A stretch of 31,221 bases of DNA from Candidatus Thorarchaeota archaeon (lineage in GTDB: Archaea > Asgardarchaeota > Thorarchaeia > Thorarchaeales > Thorarchaeaceae): contig JAOUFI010000023.1 in NCBI GenBank assembly GCA_029858305.1, positions 1 to 31,221 of the forward strand. Reading direction: 5' to 3'. The notes under the pieces were generated by a model. That model was given only the letters and a program-made list of their open reading frames with translations. It did not search any database and was not told the DNA's origin. Numbering within the stretch: position 1 is the stretch's first letter; the number at the start of each line of letters is the position of its first letter. Shown piece after piece: positions 1 through 7,545 of the stretch. The position numbers were made by a program, and so were the translations under genes.

Positions 1-47
1 ACAATCGCAATAGTCACCGCAACAATAGCCAGTTTCTTAGGTTCCAT
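1..47 (-). CDS. 5' fragment of a gene running off the left edge; probable secreted or membrane-anchored protein
   Basis: Read by eye: ATG at 47..45 gives MEPKKLAIVAVTIAI..., basic residues then a hydrophobic stretch (signal or anchor-like); GAGG lies a few nt upstream on the minus strand. Confidence 0.55.
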   Translation of the reverse strand, partial: MEPKKLAIVAVTIAI

Positions 48-132
48 ATTCAAACCTCAAGATACAAAGGATACAGAACCCTATTCAATCGCCTTTTAAC
101 GTTTGTGCAACGTGTATGCACAACCGAACAGG

Positions 133-822
133 CTATGGGTATAGTATCCGATTAGAAACGTTGAGAGTTTCTTGCGTGGTATCAAGTGTGTGCTGAATTT
201 CGTGTTCAGATGCAGACCACGGGCAGGAGAGAAAAATTACAGAATGAGGTTTTGTCTTTCTATCTATCGCAACATACCCACGAGCCATTAACTCCTTGAC
301 AAGCTTACGTGACTTCGCCTTACTGAGTCCAGTTCTATCTGTTAGCTGATCGTAGGACATTCGCCTATTCTTGCGAATAATCTCAAGCATACTGAATTCA
401 GGAATAGAAATTATCGCTACACGGAGAGCTTCGTTTTCTCTACGAATTGTATTAGCATCACCAGAAAGGGCTCGAGATAAAGAATTTCGAAGATCATTGA
501 TTTCTTCTTGAAGCGAAGCTCTCTCAGCTTCATAACGTGTGATAATTCCATTTGACGCATGGATAAGCTCTGAGCCTAAATCATTGCCGAGACCATCAAT
601 TGCCTCACGGGATGCTAACCGAGATTCACGAATTATCCCAGCCAAATCCTCTGAGTCAAACCACTGACCTTCTAGCAAGGACTCAATCTGGTTATAATAC
701 GAATCCAATCTCCGTACCCAGCTATCTCGTATTTCTTGAAAGACTCCAGCAATTCGAATTGTTGTTCTAGCAGCAATCTCATTTGGACTCGCCATGATAC
801 TCACTGAGAAAACTCCGCGCAC
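133..822 (-). CDS. Hypothetical protein: helical/coiled-coil N-terminus plus C-terminal winged helix-turn-helix
   Basis: Heptad-like segment YEAERASLQEEINDLRNSLSRA; C-terminal FSMLEIIRKNRRMSYDQLTDRTGLSKAKSRKLVKELMARGYVAI fits a wHTH (TrmB/MarR-like). The true start may be the ATG of MASPNE. Confidence 0.65.
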   Translation of the reverse strand: MRGVFSVSIMASPNEIAARTTIRIAGVFQEIRDSWVRRLDSYYNQIESLLEGQWFDSEDLAGIIRESRLASREAIDGLGNDLGSELIHASNGIITRYEAERASLQEEINDLRNSLSRALSGDANTIRRENEALRVAIISIPEFSMLEIIRKNRRMSYDQLTDRTGLSKAKSRKLVKELMARGYVAIDRKTKPHSVIFLSCPWSASEHEIQHTLDTTQETLNVSNRILYP

Positions 823-857
823 AGATTAGATTAGAGCTAGTGTCACCGAGATATGAC

Positions 858-1718
858 CTAGTGTTGACCAATCCAGAAGACACGAGATAGATCTGCTGCG
901 ATAGCAGGGTTCCATTTCATTGTCTGGAGTTCAATATCAGCCATTAATGGAACAGCTTCATCAATCATGAATGATTCGAGATCACTGCAATGATATAGTG
1001 GACTAATATCAACTGTCTTCATCTGGTTTTCACTCAAATCTAGCCAGAGTAGATTCTTGCAGTCTTTGAGAGGAAGTAAATCGATACTAAGAATTCCTGA
1101 GTTTCGCAACCAGAGCCCTTCAAGATTCTCACAACGACCTAGAGGTCGAAGATCAATTCCGTCAATCTTGTTTTGCTCAAGAAAGAGTTCTTGAAGATGA
1201 GTACAATGACTCAAAGGATCTAAATCAATGACATATAGCTCATTGCTATCCAATCTCAAAAAGCGTAGGAGAGAATTATAACTCAGAGAAGATAGGTCAA
1301 TCTGATGAATTTCATTAGATTGAAGATATAACTCCTCAAGCTGATAACATCGAGCAAGTGGATGAATATCGATTCGATTTAATTTATTGACGTCGAGTGA
1401 AAGAGAAATCAAATTGGTACATTCAGATAGAGGAGCAAGATTAATTGATGAGAGTAGATTGGAGCCTATTCGAAGTTTCTCAAGGCTTGGACATTCTTCA
1501 AGAGGTACTAAATCAATATAACGCAGCCAATTGCCGGTGAGGTCTAGTTCTCTAAGATTCTTGCAATTAGCTAAAGGTCCTAAACTCAACTCGACGATAT
1601 TTCGTCCACTCATATCTACTCTCGTTGCAGACTCATCTATCTGCATATAGAGCTCCACACCATTCTCGATTCGATAATCAATTTGAAGTTCAGTCATAAG
1701 TGTCCTCACCTGTTTCAT
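858..1718 (-). CDS. Leucine-rich repeat protein (about 9 repeats of 24 aa)
   Basis: Repeats of consensus LxxLxLxxNxLxxIDLxPLxxCxx, e.g. LRELDLTGNWLRYIDLVPLEECPS; no signal peptide or TM segment. Confidence 0.9.
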   Translation of the reverse strand: MKQVRTLMTELQIDYRIENGVELYMQIDESATRVDMSGRNIVELSLGPLANCKNLRELDLTGNWLRYIDLVPLEECPSLEKLRIGSNLLSSINLAPLSECTNLISLSLDVNKLNRIDIHPLARCYQLEELYLQSNEIHQIDLSSLSYNSLLRFLRLDSNELYVIDLDPLSHCTHLQELFLEQNKIDGIDLRPLGRCENLEGLWLRNSGILSIDLLPLKDCKNLLWLDLSENQMKTVDISPLYHCSDLESFMIDEAVPLMADIELQTMKWNPAIAADLSRVFWIGQH

Positions 1719-1837
1719 ACCGACAGATTAGCACAACCAGATTATTCCTAAATATCTACTGTCATCCTCGAAACTACATTGAGCTTGGGGAAAGTCATAA
1801 TAAATCGCCGAGTCAAATCCCTGTAATATTAATTTGA

Positions 1838-2560
1838 TTATCCGAACCTTCCATCCTCACCTTGCTCATGATGCCATTCTATTGTATTAATGATTTCATT
1901 GATTGGCTCAGGGAAATAATGTTGATGCTTTAATTTGTGGTTTGCCCTGATTAATACATAGTCATCAAGTACAAAGGACTCCAGCTGTTCACAATGAAAT
2001 AGTACTGAAATATCAATTGAACTAATCGCGTTCTCATTTAAGTGGAGATATCTCAAATCAAGTGAGTGTTCCAGCGGCGCTAAATCAATATTGGAGAGTC
2101 TATTTCCAGAGAGAACAAGGTATTGGAGTTTTGAATGACCATTCAGGGGACTAAGATCAATTTCATGAAGCTGATTATCAGCTAGATATAGCCACTTCAG
2201 ATTTTTACAATTTCTGAGCGGTTGTAGGTCAATCTCACTCAGAAGATTGTCCGATAGCTCAATAGCTTCTAATTCCCGACACCTAGCTAAAGGATGTAAA
2301 TCGATGTTTTCAAGCCTGTTTGATGTTATGCTGAGGATCTTCATTTTTGTACATGCGGAGAGAGGCATCAAGTCTATGGCAGATATGATGTTCGTATTGA
2401 GAATCAGTTTTTCAAGACGGGGACAATTGCCGATAGGCTCAAGACTCACTGATTTTATTCCAAGGTCAGACAAGTCAATCTCGGAATGATAATCATCCTT
2501 CTCAACCTGATACCTTTCGCCTTCTGAATCTATGTATCTAATGGTGAATCTGGCCACCAT
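1838..2560 (-). CDS. Leucine-rich repeat protein (about 7 repeats of 24 aa), paralogue of 858..1718
   Basis: Same repeat consensus (LEAIELSDNLLSEIDLQPLRNCKN) and same caps (N-terminal IxYxxxxG, C-terminal LESFxxD...W). Confidence 0.9.
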   Translation of the reverse strand: MVARFTIRYIDSEGERYQVEKDDYHSEIDLSDLGIKSVSLEPIGNCPRLEKLILNTNIISAIDLMPLSACTKMKILSITSNRLENIDLHPLARCRELEAIELSDNLLSEIDLQPLRNCKNLKWLYLADNQLHEIDLSPLNGHSKLQYLVLSGNRLSNIDLAPLEHSLDLRYLHLNENAISSIDISVLFHCEQLESFVLDDYVLIRANHKLKHQHYFPEPINEIINTIEWHHEQGEDGRFG

Positions 2561-2711
2561 CTACATCTCCAGCCTCTTCATTGTATGAACGTTGATGTCA
2601 ATTGTCACAGAGGTTTATAGATTTGTTCAGAAGGAATCCTTTGTATAAAAAAAGACCTATTAAAAGAAGAAACTACCCAAAATCATGTCAATCCTGAGAA
2701 AGAAGATGATT

Positions 2712-3287
2712 CTATTTTCTATCAAGATGCTTCCAAGGTACGGGGTCTGGGATAGACTGCATAAATCTGGTAATAATTTCCTTAACGCCTTCAGGATTGT
2801 GTACCTCATCGAAGACTATTAGAGGATTATCTTTTGATTCTGTGGAGCAGATCTCTACATCACCCATACCAACTCGTTTCTCTTCAGCATTACTATTTGT
2901 TCGACAAAGTGAAATCTCATCATAAAACACACGAGTGGTCTTGCGTCTGAAAATCCCTTTTCTTACGCGTACATTCCAAGTTGTGATGATGTAAAGTGTG
3001 AAGTAATATCTAGATTCTGCTCCGATAATTAGAAGAACTCCAAAAACCATTGCTGAGAGACTCAACAACCAAGAAAGATTACTACGTGGAATTGTGCCGA
3101 GTGATGTCAAGGTCATGAAGATGAGGCCTACCAGAAAAGCCACTACTCCAAAAACGTAGTAGAAAATCGATGAAGCCCTTTTTGGATGGAGAATCAGAAC
3201 AAGACGTTCCCGCTTATCCGAAGGAAATTTGGTAACCGGGATTTCTGCACTCATATCCATATCACAAAGACTATCCAGCATGTTCAA
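2712..3287 (-). CDS. Membrane protein with bacterial PH (bPH_2, YdbS/YdbT-like) domain
   Basis: Two TM helices followed by YIITTWNVRVRKGIFRRKT...I......E...GMGDVEI, the usual bPH_2 pattern. Confidence 0.75.
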   Translation of the reverse strand: MNMLDSLCDMDMSAEIPVTKFPSDKRERLVLILHPKRASSIFYYVFGVVAFLVGLIFMTLTSLGTIPRSNLSWLLSLSAMVFGVLLIIGAESRYYFTLYIITTWNVRVRKGIFRRKTTRVFYDEISLCRTNSNAEEKRVGMGDVEICSTESKDNPLIVFDEVHNPEGVKEIITRFMQSIPDPVPWKHLDRK

Positions 3288-3368
3288 CTTATCAAAGTGT
3301 CGACTACTTATCGAATTTTGAAATAATAGCTGGTCCTCAGTTAATACTGCCCCAATTCCAACAAATCT

Positions 3369-3770
3369 CTATCCAGGATAGATCTCCCAAAGAGTGTCAC
3401 ATGCGTGTACAACATGTCCCACAAGAGTTCTAATTTCATCAGGCGTCAGGTCTGTGTCATTCGTTTCAGCTATAACGATGATATCGTCATCTTCATCAAT
3501 AGCATATTTCACACCATTCGCTTTCCATGACTCTTTGAGCATATCATATGCAAGTTTCATTCTCTTGGCTTCCTCGACTTGGTAGAAATTCGTGAATGGT
3601 GCAACGATATATGCCCAAGTCTCATCCTTATTTGAGATGACCTTGATTTTCAGGTCCTCAAAGTGATCGGTTTTCCAACGCATCATTAGAGCTCCGGATT
3701 CCCGCTCATATTTGATATCAACCTGATCAAGCAACGAAGCAATATGTTCAATGATACTCACTACAAGCAC
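3369..3770 (-). CDS. YbjN-like (T3SS-chaperone fold) protein
   Basis: Small and acidic; pattern LAYDMLKESWKANGVKYAIDEDDDIIV...LTPDEIRTLV resembles YbjN/CesT-fold proteins. Confidence 0.55.
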   Translation of the reverse strand: MLVVSIIEHIASLLDQVDIKYERESGALMMRWKTDHFEDLKIKVISNKDETWAYIVAPFTNFYQVEEAKRMKLAYDMLKESWKANGVKYAIDEDDDIIVIAETNDTDLTPDEIRTLVGHVVHACDTLWEIYPG

Positions 3771-3845
3771 CTAGGATGGCGAATGACCAATGTTCTATAT
3801 TAAGATGTTTCGGACCTGTCGTAAAACCAACAAAACCGTAAATTA

Positions 3846-3879
3846 TATATCGTGTCACATACTATATCGTTATACATAC
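3846..3879 (+). promoter_or_regulatory. Tandem 17-bp direct repeat upstream of padR; candidate PadR operator pair
   Basis: TATATCGTGTCACATAC (3846-3862) and TATATCGTTATACATAC (3863-3879), 14/17 identical, ending 33 bp before the PadR start. Confidence 0.55.
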
Positions 3880-3912
3880 TAGCCTTCACACTCAGTACGG
3901 AGAAGGGGACTC

Positions 3913-4290
3913 ATGACTGATGAGGAAGTAAAACCCGACCCTGAAAGGGAATATGAACATTGGTCCCTTGAGATTAGGAGGGGCGCTCTTTCTCTCGCAA
4001 TCCTGGCTATCATCATAGAGGGTGAGTCTTACGGGTATGACATTATGAAGAAACTCAGTCGAGAAGCATACGAGGGTCTGCAAGTAGAACCTAGTACTAC
4101 TTATCCTCTTCTGCGAAGACTTGAGAAGAGAGGTATTCTAGAGGGACGTTGGTCAGATGCATCTGGAAAGAGACGCAGACTCTATTATGTTACTAGAGAT
4201 GGAAGAAGGATATTGAGAAGGATGGTCAAATCGTGGGAAGGTTTGAATGAACAATTAAATCAACTCATAATGGAGGCAGGGCTTAAATGA
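3913..4290 (+). CDS. PadR-family transcriptional regulator
   Basis: RRGALSLAIL...SYGYDI...STTYPLLRRLEKRGIL...RRRLYYVTRDG, the PadR signature; the stop overlaps the next start (ATGA). Confidence 0.93.
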   Translation: MTDEEVKPDPEREYEHWSLEIRRGALSLAILAIIIEGESYGYDIMKKLSREAYEGLQVEPSTTYPLLRRLEKRGILEGRWSDASGKRRRLYYVTRDGRRILRRMVKSWEGLNEQLNQLIMEAGLK

Positions 4291-6137
4291 ATGATGAGGG
4301 AGAGCGTGTCATTGAAGAATATCTTCTACTAGTACGAGAAAAATTGCCAGATTCAATTGCTGATGATGTAATCAGTGAGCTTCGGTCCTACATGCATGAA
4401 TCTGCGAGAGACCAGGGGGAGGGAGAAATCACAGTCCAATCAGCTAAGAAAGTTGTAGCTCAATTTGGCGCGCCTGGTGAAGTTGCTGATGAATACAAAT
4501 ACTCGATGCTTCCTGAAACTATCCCTGACGAAACAGTTCAGCCAGAGATCATTCGCGAGTCGCAGGAACTTGTTCAACATGAGCCATTGCAGCAGGCACA
4601 GCCACAACTTACTCCTATCTCTCAAGAAGATCCAACTGTAAGCTATTTCTCATTCTTTCTAACGACAAGCGTTCAATCATGGATTTGGATACTGATTGCA
4701 TCGATGCTGACATTCGTCGTAGGCCCTCTTGGTGAACCTCTCTGGACGCTTCTAATACCCATTTGTCAAGCAGCCCTTGTGACATGTGTGCTGTTCTTTC
4801 ATTCAAACAACCTGAAGTGGAATAAAATTATACTCTGGCGCAGAGCCTATCGAGAATGGTCTGCTCTTCAGAACTTTGTAACATTACCTGAGAATTCAAT
4901 TCCGGAAGCAGGAATCAATGTCCTAAGACTCGACTCTCTGATTTCTTTCATAGGAATTGTCCTTTTTCTTATTGCTACGCTCATGGGTAATAGCCCATTC
5001 TTCATCATGTTCTGTGGAGTTCCAGTCTGTCTTCTACTTGGAGCCAGAATCTATTATCGTTTGGTCACATTCCGTGATGATAAGGATCCCATCAGGAATT
5101 CTCGAAAGCAATTTATCATCAATCTAGCACTCCTCGTAGGACTAAATGCATCTGTCTTTTGGATTTCTTACTCCTCAATGTATTATTATTGGTCTATTCT
5201 TTCAAATCTCAGTCCATTCCTTCTGCCTTTCATTGTAGGTTATGGTTCAGTTGTGCTTTTCAATGTTGTAACTGGTACTCAGAATCTGTGGTGGAAGACT
5301 CAAGATGAGCCAAAAACGAGTTCTGTTAGAGAGAAGGAAATTCTTCGTGAGGATAAAGCAGAGCTACTAGCATGTTTGCCCAACACTATGGGGAGGCTCT
5401 ATCTGAAGATAATTGGCTGGATTGTTGTCTTTAACTTGCCCCAGATATACGTCAGCTTTGATCATTCATCATTTGATTTTGTATCCAGTGAATTTTACAA
5501 TTGGATTAGTTTTCTTATCGTGGAGATAGCTGTAACCGGGCTTCTAATCGTTTTCTATTTTCCCTATCGAAGGTTTGTCATAAATAGGTTGGATTCGAGA
5601 AGTATTTTTGGACGACGAACTCGAATAGAGGCAACAATTGATACATTGATTTGCTCAATCTTTCTGGTAATGATTTTAGGGTTCTTACTCAACAATGGCA
5701 TCTACAATATTGTCACTTATTCAATCATAGACTACCAACGACACTTAGGGACACGGTGGAGTCTCATTTTGGCAACCATGCAAATAGGCGCCTATCCCAT
5801 AGGAGCCATTGCATTGATAACTCGTATCATTGGAAATATTCATGAATTCAGAGCAGTATGGAAGAGGAGAGCAATCAGTTTGGTAGAACAATCAGGTGTT
5901 CTTCTGTTTCTTGCAATAACTGCATTCGCGGGTGTTGAATATCTCAGGGTGATAGTCTATCATCATTGGTTTGGTGGCTTCATTATGATGTCTGCCATGA
6001 TTATGCCCCTGATAATATTCTTAGCTTTTCAAATAGGATCCTCGTCTTTGAAAGGAAAAATGATGAAGAAGCATAATCATGACAAAAAAGGTAATTCTGT
6101 AAAATCGCGCGACGTGTACAGCAGTATTGCGAACTAG
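4287..6137 (+). CDS. Polytopic membrane protein with N-terminal HAAS/DUF1700-like domain (PadR-associated)
   Basis: IEEYLLLVREKLP...DVISELRSYMHE...VVAQFGAPGEVADEY matches the HAAS pattern typical downstream of padR; followed by a Q/P/E linker and about 12 hydrophobic segments. Confidence 0.75.
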   Translation: MNDEGERVIEEYLLLVREKLPDSIADDVISELRSYMHESARDQGEGEITVQSAKKVVAQFGAPGEVADEYKYSMLPETIPDETVQPEIIRESQELVQHEPLQQAQPQLTPISQEDPTVSYFSFFLTTSVQSWIWILIASMLTFVVGPLGEPLWTLLIPICQAALVTCVLFFHSNNLKWNKIILWRRAYREWSALQNFVTLPENSIPEAGINVLRLDSLISFIGIVLFLIATLMGNSPFFIMFCGVPVCLLLGARIYYRLVTFRDDKDPIRNSRKQFIINLALLVGLNASVFWISYSSMYYYWSILSNLSPFLLPFIVGYGSVVLFNVVTGTQNLWWKTQDEPKTSSVREKEILREDKAELLACLPNTMGRLYLKIIGWIVVFNLPQIYVSFDHSSFDFVSSEFYNWISFLIVEIAVTGLLIVFYFPYRRFVINRLDSRSIFGRRTRIEATIDTLICSIFLVMILGFLLNNGIYNIVTYSIIDYQRHLGTRWSLILATMQIGAYPIGAIALITRIIGNIHEFRAVWKRRAISLVEQSGVLLFLAITAFAGVEYLRVIVYHHWFGGFIMMSAMIMPLIIFLAFQIGSSSLKGKMMKKHNHDKKGNSVKSRDVYSSIAN

Positions 6138-6297
6138 ATTCCTTAAATGAAGCACTAGATGCGCAGTTTGTGATTGCTAATCATAATGTGCTCGGTTTGC
6201 ATCTATTGCTGGAAGACGCCCGCTCAGATTTATTTGGTTTCGTGAGAATAATCAATCAAGTAATGGAAGTCAGGCGTACTTCACATACTTAGAGTGG

Positions 6298-7308
6298 TTG
6301 ATGGAAATGCAGGATCTAGTAGCAATTGCAGCTCTCTTGAGGGAAATCTCATTTGGTATTTTGATAGCAGGCCTGTTCTATACGTTTGGTATGTTCTTTC
6401 TAGGCAAAGTATTCGCCGCAATCTCTGAACATGCTCATGAGGTTGAACATGACGTTGACCATGATATAGACCACTCAGTTGAACATGGAGAAGTCGAGCA
6501 TGATATTGATCATTCGGTCGAACATGAAATGGACCACGATGTTGATCACGCTGTCGAACATGAAGTGGAACACGATGTTGATCATGCTGTTGAACATGAA
6601 GTGGAGCATGATTATGACCACGAGGTCGACCATGATGTCGATTATGACATCTCACATGAAGTAGAACATGACTTCGACCACGATGTGTCTCATGAAGTTG
6701 AACATGATGTTGACCACGGAGTCGAACATGTTGACCATGATATAGAGCATCACGAGGTGGGTCATGATACGGAACATGACACTGATCACGACGTCGATGT
6801 TGATCATGACATTGAACATAGTCACTCTGGATTCTTTGAGGCAGAGCGCGGAGCACCCCTTGGAGTCACAATTGGTACGACTCTTGTCACCTTTGGTTTC
6901 CTGGGCGTGATTATGTACTATGAAGAAGTTGCTTTCCCCTTTGTAGTTAAGATATTCATACAGGTGGGCGGAACTGCGCTTCTCGTCTGGATGATGCGTA
7001 CAATCCTTGGTAAGTTCTTTGTTGAAACTGGTTTCAACATCAAGCCTCAACACATTGTCGGTCTTGAGGTCGAAGCAGTTAGCACAATACGCGACGATTT
7101 CGGAGAGATTCGCGTGCACACTGAGATGGGTCTGAGAAGATTCTATGCTAGACCTTTCCAAAAAGGAGTTGTCTTCCAGAAGGGCACACACCTCTATGCT
7201 GTGTCTGCAAGCGATAAATTCGTGTATGTTGATCCTCGGAAAGAAGTTGTAAAGTGGGTCCAGAAACAGAGCCGAAGAAGAGACGAACCAAAAAAGGTAG
7301 AGGAATAG
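6298..7308 (+). CDS. NfeD-like/YqiJ-like membrane protein with long His/Asp/Glu repeat insert
   Basis: One TM, then the acidic His-rich repeat, then 2 TMs (APLGVTIGTTLVTFGFLG...), then an OB-fold-like C-terminus (IVGLEVEAVSTIRDDFGEIRV...KGTHLYAV...VYVDP). It lies directly upstream of an SPFH gene, as in yqiJ-yqiK and yuaF-floT. Confidence 0.8.
   Translation: MMEMQDLVAIAALLREISFGILIAGLFYTFGMFFLGKVFAAISEHAHEVEHDVDHDIDHSVEHGEVEHDIDHSVEHEMDHDVDHAVEHEVEHDVDHAVEHEVEHDYDHEVDHDVDYDISHEVEHDFDHDVSHEVEHDVDHGVEHVDHDIEHHEVGHDTEHDTDHDVDVDHDIEHSHSGFFEAERGAPLGVTIGTTLVTFGFLGVIMYYEEVAFPFVVKIFIQVGGTALLVWMMRTILGKFFVETGFNIKPQHIVGLEVEAVSTIRDDFGEIRVHTEMGLRRFYARPFQKGVVFQKGTHLYAVSASDKFVYVDPRKEVVKWVQKQSRRRDEPKKVEE
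6427..6825 (+). repeat. Coding tandem repeat with 12-nt / 4-aa period, H-[DESA]-[VI]-[DE]
   Basis: HEVEHDVDHDIDHSVEH...HDIEHSH; about 34 His in about 133 aa by manual count; codons are diversified at synonymous positions. Confidence 0.92.
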
Positions 7309-7545
7309 ATTTCAGCACTTTTTTCTACGAGAGTTTATAATCCCTCAAACCAAAATATACACAAGTGCGTCTGAAAGTTGCCATCAAACTGCTCTGAGAG
7401 ATGCAAACGATGGAAAGTCAGAGGTCAGGGAAGCGGGAGATATCAAGAACTTGGCTGAAGACTTAGGGTGGAGTAGACCAATCCAGCTAGTAGTGTCTCA
7501 AGGAGTAATGAGGCAAGCATTGAAGATGCCAAAGTACAGAATGTT

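Noticed and set aside
133-822. ESCRT-III/CdvB or ESCRT-II (Vps25-like) identity
   Set aside because: A coiled coil plus wHTH is too generic; no Snf7-like basic/acidic pattern and no Vps4 or other ESCRT gene in the window.
6427-6825. Repeat region as a CRISPR array or non-coding VNTR
   Set aside because: No constant repeat with unique spacers; the period is 12 nt, in frame, with variation concentrated at synonymous positions.
6281-6856. 191-aa minus-strand His/Arg/Gln-rich ORF, plus 6479..6664 and 6652..7191
   Set aside because: Shadow frames generated by the 12-nt repeat of the plus-strand NfeD-like gene, which has coherent TMs and an OB-like domain.
7468-7545. TAG at 7474-7476 in frame with flotillin as a pyrrolysine/readthrough codon
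   Set aside because: An in-frame TGA at 7456-7458 closes the frame five codons further upstream, and the extension has no recognisable features.
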